From Octopus sinensis (lineage: Eukaryota): 64,000 nt of DNA. The notes under the pieces are model-generated. The model saw only the letters and a program-made list of their open reading frames with translations. It did not search any database and was not told the origin of the DNA. Both the position numbers and the translations under genes were made by a program. The stretch is taken from positions 2,046,001 to 2,110,000 of the forward strand of contig NC_043019.1 of NCBI RefSeq assembly GCF_006345805.1, written 5' to 3'. This document shows, piece after piece, positions 34,696 to 48,949 of this stretch; within the stretch, counting starts at the first letter, position 1; each line of letters starts with the position of its first letter.

Positions 34696-36452
34696 TAGTA
34701 ACCTTATCTGTCGTTGTGCTTTTGTGGCAGGAAACAATGTAGTTATTGCTGTCCACTCAAAAAAATACTTAGTAAAATAATCTCATCTCATTTCTCTCTT
34801 CAGACTCTCGCCTTCGGTTTTCTACAATCCACCTTGCTTTATACTTGTTTCTGGAGAGATTACGTCTTTTCTTTGGTGGCATATATTTTTCAATATTGTA
34901 AACAAAAATGATGAACAAAGAAAGAAATTATTTTTGTAAGCAATTGTATGTATGTAGAATGTTTTTATTTTTCTATGTAGAATTAATTAACCGAATAGAA
35001 TGACACACCATTCTGCTGTGATGGATCGTTTTGTGTTTATCCCGCTCATTCGGTAAAAAAAAGATTTGAAGAGAGCAGAAATTGAAAGAAGAGAAAGCGA
35101 AAAGGACAGAAAAAGAAAGTGAAAGATGTACGTCAAATGAAATGGACGCACGTGTGTGTGTGTGTGTGAGTGTGTGTTGTGTGTGTGTGTGTGTGCGTGT
35201 GTGTGTGTACATGCGTGCGCATGTGTGTGAGAGAGAAAGAGAGTGAGAAAGGGAGATAGATTGAGTGAAGGTGTGTGTCGCGATGACTGATGTCTTTTAA
35301 GGTACGCATACATATAGAAAATGTGACGTAATCGTATAAAATGTTTACGATACTTGATTTATGGAAAAGATTATGATGTGAATGGAAATTGAGTTTAATT
35401 TTTAGCTGAAATACTACTGAATATTTTGATACCCCATACGTCAAAATCTGCATCTCGGTTTCAGAATGCATAATGTATATATATATATATATACCCTTAC
35501 AGACTTCTTTCAAACTGAAAGTATTATCTCACATTACAATAGAGACGTAATACTGAAATGACGTAAGAGATAAGACATTGCTCTTGGCTCGCATTAGACA
35601 AGAATTTGGAAATGATTTTGCCCCATGACACTGCATGGACCTTGGCTTTTGTATTTGACGCCTGTTGCTTTAAGTGTTATAGTTCGATCATATGAATATA
35701 TGTATGTATGAGCCAATGAGGGAGACCTCTACATGGTAGCTAGACCTTGTAGGAATAGGAGACAAATCTTCCCCAAAACACCCTACTGTCTTAATCCGAT
35801 AATTCTGTCTATTATGTAGTTTGAATGAGAAACTGTAACCAATGATTAAGATTATTAACCCCACAAATTTTAATAGCAAACAATTTTTTCTCTTTCTTGC
35901 TTAATTAAAGTGGTTGCCTTTTCATCGTAGTTTTTCATGTCAGTTGTAAAGGTGAAGAGGGTCAACTTGGACGGTGTTAAGTAGTGGAGATGTTTGGTGA
36001 TTGTATGTGGTGGTTACTTTTGACTGTTTCTTCTCAATAAGAGTAATTTATTGATAACACATTTTAACACAATATTTATACAACTTCAAGTGGAATCAGA
36101 CATCATTAGAGAGACAGAGAGAGGAGAGAAGAGAGACAGCATAGCGACGGTTTTGGCTGACCGACATCCTGTACTCCCCTTGTTGTCAGCGAGATGGCAT
36201 GTACCGGCTGTCTGAGCAACTCGTTGTTTTTAATGGCAGAAGAACAGGACGAACAAAAATTAAGAAAACAGCGATTCTCACTTTGAAACTGACAATTTTG
36301 AAAATCTATTTAGATCATGTAACTCTCTCATGTATCCATTTTAAAATATTCAGCGCCATCGGATGAACAAAACTCGAGTTATAAGAACACAGACAGACCG
36401 GATGTTTTTTTTTCCCTCCGTTCGCCCACCTCGGGATCTTTCTTTCTCTTAT

Positions 36453-36487
36453 GTTTCCGACGAAGAGCTCCGCTCGAAACGTCATAC
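36453..36487 (+). ncRNA. Minimal hammerhead-like motif, CCGACGA core (better-paired copy at 48551-48585 -)
   Basis: GTTT-CCGACGA-A-GAGC-TCC-GCTC-GAAACGT-C|ATAC. Confidence 0.58.
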
Positions 36488-36589
36488 CCTCCTTCTTCCC
36501 TTTTTCCTGAACGCCTAATAATAATACTTTAATTGTTCCACCTCCTTGTGTTGTTTTTTCTGTTTTGCCGTTTGGATTAACCTTATATA

Positions 36590-36643
<54 letters not shown>

Positions 36644-36810
36644 CGTTTTGTTCTCTTACTTATTATCATCTTATAATCATCACATAATAATGATTTTTAT
36701 GACTCGTATTAATACCTCAGTCAATCTACATGTATATATTTGTCGTTACTTGTCCTAAATAGCCTTTTTATATTTGCAATATGCATTTTCGTTGATTTTT
36801 CATATTTTAC

Positions 36811-36866
<56 letters not shown>

Positions 36867-37184
36867 AAACAAAAGACGAAGACAGGTGTATAAACAACAA
36901 GCAAGTGTATTTGTTTAACGCTCGGGGAGGTAAGAAAGTCATTTACGTTTCGAGCCTGCGGTCTTCAACAGAAAGGAAATCTGGAAAATAAAAACAGAGA
37001 GAGAATTTTAAAAACTTGCGGAGTTAGCGGTCAATCATATATATACGTGTTTATCTTCTGAGCATATTCACTTATATGTATCTATAGGTGTAGGAGTGAT
37101 GGTGTTGGTGTGTTTGCATGTCAAGCTTAATTTTCTTTACATGTAGCACTACTTCACAGCTTCTCACTTTCTTTAACTCTCTCT

Positions 37185-37575
37185 ATAGTCTTTTACTTGT
37201 TTCAGTCATTGACTGCAGCCATGCTGGAGCACCGCCTTTAGTCGATCAAATCGACCCCAGGACTTATTCTTTGTAAGCCTAGTACTTATTCTATCGGTAT
37301 CTTTTGCCGAACCGCTAAAATATGGGGACGTAAACACGCCAGTATCGGTTGTCAAGCGATGTTAGGGAGGACAAACAGACAGACAAACACGCACATATAT
37401 ATATTTACATATATACGACAGGCTTCTTTCAGTTTCCGTCTACCAAATCCACTCACAAGGCTTTGGTCGGCCCGAGGCTATAGTAGAAGACACTTGCACA
37501 AGGTGCCACGCAGTGGGACTGAACCCGGAACCATGTGGTTGGTAAACAAGCTACTTACCATACAGCCACTCCTGT
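37185..37575 (-). mobile_element. SINE family B
   Basis: Matches other copies. Confidence 0.87.
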
Positions 37576-37610
37576 GTATATATAATACACACACACAAAC
37601 ACACACACAC

Positions 37611-37657
<47 letters not shown>

Positions 37658-38638
37658 ATTAGCCGTTCAAAAACACACAGACTGTTAACTCTCTGCTGGT
37701 ATTCTTGATTACACAAACTAAGACAAACAGACACATTAATAACAAAATAAATTTGATGAAGCGCGAACTACTACTGCTAGTATTACTACTTCTACTACTA
37801 ATGCTCACGCTTCTACTGCTGCTACTACCACTACTAGATTCATGGTATTATTATATCTAAGGAATTCAAACATGAATACACAGACGAACAACACCTCCAG
37901 AATATACGTGACTGTTCAATTGTACGCTGATGAAATATCCGTCCTTAATTAACGACTCAAATACATCGCGTTTAAAAAGGTCAGTAACATTGATTATCTG
38001 TGTGAAATTGGAAGTAACATTCCAGACTGTAGACTGTTTGAAATTGACCTTCAGTAAGGAGGTTATGTCATTAAAGACAATAGGACTATGGCAAACACAA
38101 CTGATTAATTAATTAACTGAAAGACGAATTAGACAATCGATAAGTTAATTAGTTAATTAGTTAATCAATTGACGAATATTAAAAAAAGAAGTGAAATTGA
38201 AACAGGGCGTGTGTTTCTTATTGGTGTAATGACCGTCCCAAAATGCAAGAAAATGCTTGCATATGGTTTTGCTGCTTTCCTCCCCCTCTTCAAATTTATT
38301 ATACAAATTCGAGCATATTTACTGAGTAGAAATGTTTCGTTTGTTTACAAACTTTCACTAACTCAGTAATGTGTGTGTTTTTGTGTGTAAGTGTGTTTAT
38401 GCAGATATATAAATATATGCGTGTGTATGGATATACAAATATGTATGTATATACATATTTTATGTGTATATGAATGTGTGGGTTTATAAATATGCGCACG
38501 AGTATAAATATGTATATATGAATACGTACGTAATTTATGTATGTATCAACATATGTGTATATACTTTGTTTGCGTTTATGTATTTATATATATTTATTAT
38601 GCGATGCTTATGTATGTATATATATGTGTGGGGGTGTA

Positions 38639-38732
<94 letters not shown>

Positions 38733-39371
38733 GCATATATATGTATCTACCTATGTGTATACATATATTGATAGACAGACAGGTAGAATGACAGATATGC
38801 ATATATATGTATGTACGTGTGTGAAAATAAATATGTGTACGTATATATATATATGCGTATATATATACATATATATATATATACGTATATATATACATAT
38901 ATATATGTATATATATATTCTTTAGCAGTTAACTTAATCAAAGAATTAGCAATAAATTCTATGATCTAAATACAAACTCACTGACACAAACGATTTCAAA
39001 TTTGCTTTCTTTTCATTTTTTTATAAATCCATTTCAGATATCGAAAATAACATTTGTTTGCGACTCTTGATCGCTCTACCTACTTCAGAAGTTATATGTT
39101 TTACAGGAAGAAAAAAACTGTTTTCGACTCGCTGTATTTGGCACCGAGTTTCAAAGGAACCTTGTACAATCAACAGCGTGAAAAATCGGCTGGTTATACA
39201 CTAAGTTCTGTTTGAATTTGCTTGCTTCTACAACGTAAAAAAGATTTATTTTTCGCTCCGGATGTTGGTTTCTATTTATTTTTTAACGATTTTTAACCAA
39301 ATATAATGGCTCCAACAAAAGAGATTTTTAGAAATACATATTGGACACATATTCACTGAAACTGAAATGTA

Positions 39372-39464
39372 TATATATTTACACACCTACATATATAGGC
39401 AGACAGACAGACAGACAGACAGACAGGCAGGCAGACAGACAGAGAGAAAGACAGACAGACAGAC

Positions 39465-39531
<67 letters not shown>

Positions 39532-39577
39532 CAGATAGATAGATATCCATTTGAATATGTACAGATATACATATAGG

Positions 39578-39644
<67 letters not shown>

Positions 39645-39849
39645 ATACATATGCATAGATACATATACATTTGTATATATTTGTAGATAAATATTTATAT
39701 ATACACGTATCTTTACAAACATACACATACACACACACATATATATATACATATATATATATACATACATACGCATAGATACATATACATATACATTTCT
39801 ATATATTTGTAGATAAACATTTATATATACACATATCTTTACATATATA

Positions 39850-39901
<52 letters not shown>

Positions 39902-40548
39902 CATATATGTGCATACATACGTACATACATACATACATACATACATACATACATACATACATACATACATACAAATACATATACATATATATATCGTTTT
40001 TTGCATTTGGTTTGCAAGTTACTTGATGTGAACTCGAATATATGTGTGTATGCTGGTGTGTGTGTATACATACATACATACATACATACATACATACATA
40101 CATACGTACGTACGTACGTACATACATACATACATACATACATACTTACATACATACAAACATACATACATACATACATGCATACATACATACAAACATA
40201 CATACATACATACGTACATTATACATACATGCATGCATACATACATACATACATACATACATGCATACATACACACATACATACATACGTACATACAACA
40301 TACATACATACAACATACATACATACATACATACATTATACATACATGCATACATACATACATACATACATACATACATACATACATGCATACATACATA
40401 CATACATACATGCATACATGCATATATAATACATACATACATACATGCATACATGCATATATAATACATACATACATACATACATACATACATACATACA
40501 TACATACATACATACATACATACATTCATACATGCACACATACATGTT
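39372..40548. repeat. Compound (AGAC)n/(AGAT)n/(TA)n/(CA)n/(TACA)n microsatellite
   Basis: Direct reading; source of many spurious ORFs. Confidence 0.96.
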
Positions 40549-41054
40549 AACTATCTGGCTGTATTTATATTATTTCATTTAACTGCAATAAATGTGATCA
40601 CAGAGAATTAGTTAAACGCCAATTCAAAATTCAAATGCGTGGAAAACATTTTTTTCTCTGAAGATATTAATACTGATTGCAAATCGTTTCATCTCTAAAA
40701 AGATCTGAGAAATATTATGTGATTCATCTGAAAATTTGAGAAAATTCATTTTTATCGTTTGTATTAAACGAAATGTATAAAAATCTGTGTACTGATTGTG
40801 CAGTTATTTATACATTCGTACTTGAATGTCGATGGAGATATACTACATATGATGTGCGCTTTAACTCTGTGCGGCGCTGTTTAATTTTGTTCGTTTCTTT
40901 TGTCGTTAATGGATCCGAACAGCCTATTAAGAATCATTTGAAAATTGTACGTTTTATTTAGAAATGTATATATAATGAAACAACATTGATTTATATAGTG
41001 ACAGGAGAACAATCTGTAAATACACATACATACATACAGACAGACAGACAGACA

Positions 41055-41830
41055 TGATGATGGCTGCCCCCCTCGTTATCGAGTATGGCCAGTACAACCT
41101 GTTGCATGGTTGGGCCGTCGGCGACTAAACCGGCAACCCCACCAAGCTTGCTCGGTGAGGAGGGTGTTTATTGGACACCTTGCGGCATGAAAAACAAAAC
41201 CCGTCAAGGGGCGGAGGAACTCTTGAGAGTCAACGGCCATCCAATAAATTTGTAATTTTTTTTCTCTTAAGGCTTAAAGCTGTATCATGCGCGGTTAAAC
41301 CATTGGAAGTGAAGGACTCCTAGCCTTTGTTAGGGCATTCTTCTTGGAGAAAGTAACTCAGGTAACTGGGATAACTCCGATATAAAACCTGCGGCTCAGC
41401 GGTTACCGATGATGTTGACTTGTTCTTCTGTTCGAATTATGGCTGCTGTTGCTTAGTGAGTGGGATTGACTCAGTGCACAGCCTTTCCTCACTTAAAAAA
41501 AATCTTCTTGCTCAGGTATTGCACGATAACAACATTGTTCATGATTGTTGATTCAGTCTCAACTGAATGGCTGGCTATAGCCTTAAAAAACAAATAAAAG
41601 TCACATCCATACATACAAAAGATGATGATGGCTGTCTGCTCGTGACCGAGGAAGACCATCACTGACCATTGCCTATGCAATAAGCCAGCAATGTCCGAGC
41701 ACGAGGTTATTGCACTACTAATCGGCTTCATCCGGGTTCACGTCTACGGCTTCCACGCTCATCGCGGCGGCTTCCTCCTAGACCGGACATCTAAAGTTTA
41801 GCTCGCTGCTGATTCCACAACCTAAAATTT
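41055..41830. mobile_element. RTE-like termini: putative 5' UTR (+, 41055-41470) and 3' end with (CAT)n tail (-, 41620-41830)
   Basis: Terminal stem-loop plus (CAT)n on the minus strand, and a degenerate C-terminal zinc-knuckle-like frame; assignment from recall. Confidence 0.45.
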
Positions 41831-42170
41831 TAGATCCAATAAGGCTTGACCTGTACAAATGTCGTATTCACTGCGATTTGCCGTCGTTAATATTACTTGC
41901 CTTGGGCAGTAGGTGTTAGAAAATGCCAACAGCCATTTGAATACGCGCTCAGTTGAAATCATTTCTAGTTTCTTGGCTATCGTTAGCAACACGAACGGCA
42001 ACAAAGAGGCAGCACTGGAATGATTTTCTAAACGTTTGTTTCCTTATTGTAGATCAACATCGAAGCTTGAATTGATCTCGTGTGACACAGGCCCTGGTAA
42101 TAACAAAACATTGTATTATGCACGCAAAAGTAGTGTTGAGATTAAACAACCCTTTGGACCACAGTGAATA

Positions 42171-43633
42171 TCTATATTATATTTAAAATGAACTTCAATC
42201 TTGCTTGCTTGCAACGTTACACAGCCAAACTAGCGCATAATAGGAAAATATTATGAATTAAGATATTCCTGAAATGTGAATGCATACGGAATAAAATAAG
42301 CGTAAATCGGACCACTGGTTCTTGAGATATTGGGGATTTTGTGGGTACAAGTACCCGAAACGGTGCATAATGGGAAAATACTTCGAAAATAGCTTAAGCT
42401 TCAAAGGGAAGGAACTCTAACCTTTCGATTAGACAGATCATGACTAACGTACCAACGAAAAATTGCGAGTTGTTTATTACAGTAAATGTTTCTATTCACG
42501 GTTCTGTTAAACACAATATTTTAATCATTTAGAAGCATTTTTAAGTGAATGAAATTTCAAAAATGTATGTTTGTGCAGTAAATATTCATAATTTAGCTTT
42601 CATTAAACAGACAATATTATAATCATTTTAAAACTTATTTTCGAGTAACATTGCAAAACCTTTTGCGAAACTTTTGGTATATTTAAAAAATATTTTGAAA
42701 TCTAAATGACTTTTAAATTATGGCAAATATTTCGTAAAAGACCCGTTCGTAACCTCGGTGGGAAATCATTTTTCTATAGGTCTTTTTCGAGGGCATTCAA
42801 CTTATCTCAACTCCAAAGATTTGGCTGCTATTTCTAGCACACCCTGCTAGCATGTAACAACTATTTGCGATAAAAGACCCGAGATAGCTGTAACGTGGTA
42901 GCAGGTCGTGCAAAAAATAACAACCAAATTTTCCTTTTCTTAGAGAAGGAGCCGTTTGATGTCACGTTGCTTGAAACCATTCGAAATAACGAGGAAAAGG
43001 AAAAACTCACGAAACAAAACTCTGTTGGTGGAAAACTTCGAGGTCCCCACAAGTCTTTCCCCTCTCTTTTCCCGAATAAAGTGGTTTGCGGCGGGTTTGA
43101 AAGTGAGATACGTTGAATGTACTCGAAAAAGACCTGTGGAAAAATTATTTCAAACCGAAGTACGAACGGGTCCTTTACAAAATATTTACCCAAGATCGAG
43201 ATAGGCATGCGAATAGAGGGATCAATGAAACTGCAAAAGCAAGGGCTGAGTGTCTGTGGGAACAGAGGGAAAGAGACTGAAGCAGGAGAGATTAGAAATC
43301 GAATACTCGGAAAGCTGAGCGTCTGGCGAAAAAAGGAAAAGAGACAAAAGTTGACGTCATGAAACGGAAGCTCATATGAATACAAACGGAATAAAACAAG
43401 CTTTGCGTGATTCGGACCACGGGTAACCGAGATGCGCGGTTTTTCGGGTGCCTTTATAAATAGCCAAACTGGTGTGTAATGGGGAAAATGCTTTGAAAGT
43501 AAGGTAGCATATGAAATATGAATACACACGGAATAACAGAAATTTCGAGTAAATCGGACCACGGATTCCCGAGATACGCGGCTTTTTGGGTATCTTGGAC
43601 TATTGGTGACCCAACGGGTCACATGTAGTCTAG
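42171..43633 (+). mobile_element. Complete non-autonomous Helitron (1463 bp)
   Basis: A|TCTATATTATATTTAAAA 5' end; hairpin GTGACCC-AAC-GGGTCAC (43606-43622); CTAG|T 3' end. Confidence 0.78.
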
Positions 43634-44159
43634 TCATTGTATAAAATTGTTTTAATAAGTAAGAAGTATTAGGATACTTCTTCAATGGCATTTTGCCGTT
43701 AAGACTCACATTTTTCTTGAGGATCATTCGCTTCACGTCTGCGATAGATAGACAAATATAAAAAAATAATTTGTGTGTGTCTGTTCTTGTTTTCCTTATA
43801 GTCAGTATGCATTCGATTTTCTCAAATGTTTTCGTTGTCTCTGATGCTATTTTTCTTGCTGACAGCTTTTCGTTTCAGAAATCTGTTTTCTTAGAAACCT
43901 TGTTATTGCTTTTCTTATGTTTCTTTTGGAGGCCCTGGCTGATAATCAGAACGCGTGGAAGTTCATGTGTGACGCTGGAGTAGAGTGCTTTGAAACTGAA
44001 CGCACGAGCCTACATGAAGTGCGGAGGAAAGGTAGACATCAAACCCTCTGCTGTTGTTGTTCTTTGTCAATTTCGATACCCTTAGTGCCATAGAATTTGC
44101 TTATCTCATATCGATCTTGTCATCCACATCAGCGCCTATGCGAAACACTGTGCTGGAGG

Positions 44160-44412
44160 CATACGAGCACCAATAATTTGTGCGCCTGCCATACGAGCAC
44201 CAATAATTTGACCTCTTTGAAAGTCCGATAGATCTGTCATTCTCCTGAATTTTAATTACCTTTTTCTGATGATAACTGAAAAGAAACAGGAATTATAGCT
44301 AAACATACTCAGCAACACTATTAATAAATCAAAAAACATTTTAATGGTTTTATAGATATTTCAAATTTATGATGCTATGATGCTAGGTTTCCATTATTTT
44401 GTCCAGCCCCTG
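44160..44412 (-). mobile_element. Tc1-type transposon 5' fragment
   Basis: TA-CAGGGGCTGGACAAAATAATGGAAAC TIR; ATG at 44240 gives MTDLSDFQRGQIIGARMAG; 21-bp duplication with 30-bp period at the break. Confidence 0.8.
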
Positions 44413-44441
44413 TATATTGAGAGAGAGAAAGTATACACACA

Positions 44442-44478
<37 letters not shown>

Positions 44479-44479
44479 G

Positions 44480-44510
<31 letters not shown>

Positions 44511-44570
44511 GGATACATTTACATAAATATATATACATACACACACACACACACACACACATACACACAC

Positions 44571-44606
<36 letters not shown>

Positions 44607-44692
44607 TTATTCTTTTATTTCTTTCAGTCATTTGACTTCGGCAGCTTTCGTCCTATATTTATGGACTGCCATGTTAGCTTGGCGATAACTAT

Positions 44693-44739
<47 letters not shown>

Positions 44740-45313
44740 GTGTGTGTGTGTGTATACAGAGAGAGAGAGAGAGAGCGAGAGCTTTCCACGCAGTTTCCAT
44801 CCACCAAATTTACTTCCAACGCATTTGTCTCCCTGGGGCTACGGCAGAACACAAGTAATGAAGATGCCGCACAGTGGGACTGAAAGCAAAACTAGCTCGC
44901 TTGAAATCAATAACGTTAACCTCACGTCATACCACCAAATATTTTTTTCTATTTATTCAAGACTTTTGTTGTTTGTATTCTTATTTTTCTAGCTTGCAGT
45001 GTTTCGATGCTACCGTGATGACAAGATTTCTTAGTCTTTTATTATCAAATTAACACTTGACTGTCAGCCATGATGATGAGAAATCTATGTGAAATATAAT
45101 ACTAAGAGCAAATGTCACAGTGGAATATAGTTGATTTCGGTAAAGCCTTGACAATATTTTATGACCATATGTGTGATATGTATGGGCGGTTTTATGGAAT
45201 TGGTGAAAAAGAAAACTGTATGAATCATATGAACATTTATATAATACAGTACATATGCGAAAGCTATAAATAAGCTTATATAAACATTTTCGTATATTAA
45301 TAAAAACAGAGCA

Positions 45314-45760
<447 letters not shown>

Positions 45761-45829
45761 GGATAGATATGTTTCTTATTAGGCACACAGGGCTGCACAC
45801 AGATAGAACAAATTACCAGGTAGAGCTTT

Positions 45830-45840
45830 TCTTTTGAAGG

Positions 45841-45873
<33 letters not shown>

Positions 45874-45933
45874 GAAAGGGGAGTTCGATCAAAAGGGATC
45901 GTAAAAGGAGAGAAAGAGGACAAAAAAAAAGGG

Positions 45934-45969
<36 letters not shown>

Positions 45970-46790
45970 GGGAGAGGAAAAAAAATTGATCAATAGGGAT
46001 CGTTATCACAGAAATGTCAATATGAAGTGTAAAGGGAGGACAGGTGAGGTTTACCCGTGGAAGAAAGCCTACGGAAAAGACCACGGTAACCTCGGTCAAT
46101 GAAGTCACATTTTATATTTCTTTTTTTTTTTTTTTTTTGCAAATAAGCAACTCTCTGTTTTCGATTTCTGGGTTCATAGGACTATGCTCAAGGTGGCTTC
46201 GTCATTCATACGTGCCATTCTTGCTACATTCACCCATCTTTTTTTAAAACATTCGCTAGACAAAACTTGCCTCTCTACTCTCACTTTCTTTTCAAGTGGT
46301 ACTTGAAGAAGTGATGAGAGATTGACCAGAGAGGAAAGTGTTTGTCTCCAATCCTTTCAGACGCGTCCACCAGATACATTCTTTCGCCATAGCCACAAGG
46401 ATGATGAAAATAGCTCTTCCTTCCCGTTTGAAGGAAGGAGGCGTGACAATATTGACGATAGACTCAGCTGATAACCGACTCGTCCCACACGTGACAGCAG
46501 TTGTTCGACATAAGCCCACAGGTCGGAAATTGTTGGACACTGAACGAGTGCGTGCAGAACGGTTTCGTCGCTCTGACCGCATCTCGGGCAGGTCGGCCCG
46601 TGTTTCTCGAGCCGTGTCTGTAGAGCTTATCCGAACGGGTAGCGCTTCTCGGTAGCACTGCCAGGCCAGGGATCTCTGGAAGTTGTCCATGGGCCTGGCC
46701 CGAAGTCGTCCGAACAGGCGGGTCAGGTACTCCTCGTCGACGTCCAGGTTCGCCCCGAGCTCGTCGTCGTACCTCCCCTCCACTAAACCC
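45830..46790 (-). mobile_element. 3' remnant of an L1/Tx1-clade LINE
   Basis: LAWQCYREALPVR..zinc-knuckle remnant..VAMAKECIWWTRL..FFKYHLKRK; stop at ~46174; T-rich 3' UTR. Confidence 0.75.
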
Positions 46791-46821
46791 TATAGAATGC
46801 TTTGGTTGTGTTTGAAGTCAC

Positions 46822-46939
46822 TTAAGGTCGACCCAGGACGGCAGAGTTGCTTGAGAGCAACGCGACATTCGCGGTGCCATTCGCCACCGCGAATGTCGCG
46901 TTGCTCTCAAGCAACTCTGCCGTCCTGGGTCGACCTTAA
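46822..46939. mobile_element. Perfect 118-bp hairpin bounded by TTAA; candidate Kolobok-type MITE
   Basis: Arms 46822-46876 and 46885-46939 are exact 55-bp reverse complements; TTAA|GG..CC|TTAA ends. Confidence 0.6.
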
Positions 46940-46968
46940 AGATAGATAGAGAGATAAACGAATGGATG

Positions 46969-47022
<54 letters not shown>

Positions 47023-47035
47023 CAGATAGATAGAC

Positions 47036-47119
<84 letters not shown>

Positions 47120-47538
47120 GGATGGATGGATAGATGGATGGATGGATGAACAAATGGATAGTTAGATAGATAGATAGATAGATGGATAAACACACAGACA
47201 GACAAACAGACAGACAGATAGATATTGATATAAATAGATAATATTGACGTCATGAAAATTATACACACACATATACATGCACACACATGCACACACATTG
47301 ACATGCACACGCACACACATTGACATGCACACGCACACACATTAACATGCACACGCACACACATTGACATGCACACGCACACACATATATAGGTAAATCC
47401 AGAAGTACGTATATACATACGCACATGTGCATACACACGCAAACAGAAAAACTCGCGGATTACACACACGTACACATACACACACACATAAATGCATACA
47501 CGAATATACGCATTCGCAAATGTGCACGCCGAGACATA

Positions 47539-47907
47539 TCTCTCTCTATATAAACGGCAGTTTGTCTGTGTGTGTTTCTGTGTGTCTGTTTTCTCGTACC
47601 CTCACCCTGACCACGGCTTTCAACCGATTCTGATGAAACTTGACACACACATAGCCCAATGTCATAATTCAAAACTAACGCAGCGAAAATTTTGAAAAGT
47701 TCCCCCAGTTCTGAAAAAGATCGATAAATTCGACATGGGGTCGACAATCAGAAACACAAACCACAGACTGTCTAGGGGACGCAACTCGACATTTTTAACT
47801 AAAAAAAATTTACCATAATTTTTTTCCATTTTTTTACTATAACTCTCTAAAAATGCTTTATAGTTATTTCCCTTACAAACCCGAGCAACGCCGGGCGATA
47901 CTGCTAG
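47539..47907 (+). mobile_element. Complete short non-autonomous Helitron (Lep1-like, 369 bp)
   Basis: A|TC 5' end, (TG)/(TCTG) tract, AACCGATTCTGATGAAACTTG, hairpin CCCG-AGCAACGC-CGGG, CTAG|T. Confidence 0.8.
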
Positions 47908-48317
47908 TACACAATAAAATTCCACAGCGAATCTTGAATAGATATTGTGCTGGCATGACGATTCTCTGAATATTTGCTTAGAATATATATCAAGTGACAG
48001 GTTTTAATAGATCAACACGGACACATCTACATACATACATATATACATACATAAATACATACATACATACATATATACATACATAAATACATACATACAC
48101 ACACATATATGTACATGTGTATGTGTGTATGTATGTGTGTATGTGTATGTATGTGTGTATGTATGTATACAGCCTTCTTGTTTTCTATCCAGTAATATGT
48201 CAGTCAAGTAGATCGGGATATCCCATAGAGGCGCCCTCTATACAAATGAAATGCAAGTAGTAATACACCACACACTCATACATACACATAAATATATACA
48301 TGTGGTGTGTGTGTCTG

Positions 48318-48351
<34 letters not shown>

Positions 48352-48402
48352 TAATATATATAAATAAATATATACACATATATACATATATAATATACAT
48401 AT

Positions 48403-48469
<67 letters not shown>

Positions 48470-48949
48470 ATAGTTAATCCAAACAAGAAAGCACAAAAAA
48501 AAACACAACAACGCGAGGACGTGGAACAAATATAGAAGGAAATAAGGAGGGTTTAACGTTTCGAGCGGAGCTCTTCGTCGGAAACATAGGTGAAGGAAAG
48601 AACCAGAGAAGGGAAGACAGAGGGAAAAAAATCGCCAACGGTACAAACGATGTCACATTTTGAAAGACCGGAAGGAAAAGGGTGAAGAAAGATGTTTTCA
48701 AAGACAGGAGAGTAGTATTGTCAAAGACAGCAGAATGTAGAGGGGGAATGTGTGTGTAAGTGTGGATATGTGCGTGCGCGGAGGTCTGCGTGTGCGTATG
48801 TGTGTGTGTGTGTGCGCGTGTGTGTGTGTATGTGGTTGTGGTTGTGGCTGTAAACAAAGGGCTAGTAGTAGGGCAAGTAGTAGGGCTAGTTTGTAGGGCT
48901 AGTAGAATAAGGAGTGGTGTCTTTTTGTCCCTACCACAGGTCAATACTT

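Noticed and set aside
41060-41160. HDV-like ribozyme at the putative RTE 5' end
   Set aside because: Could not build the nested double pseudoknot; the pairings found are simple hairpins.
42861-43736. 291-aa ORF as a Helitron Rep/helicase or captured gene
   Set aside because: No HUH or helicase motifs, and it crosses the element boundary.
45840-45990. Long A/G homopolymers as a poly(A) tail or regulatory tract
   Set aside because: They are T-rich 3' UTR of the minus-strand Tx1 remnant, and the run lengths may be sequencing artefacts.
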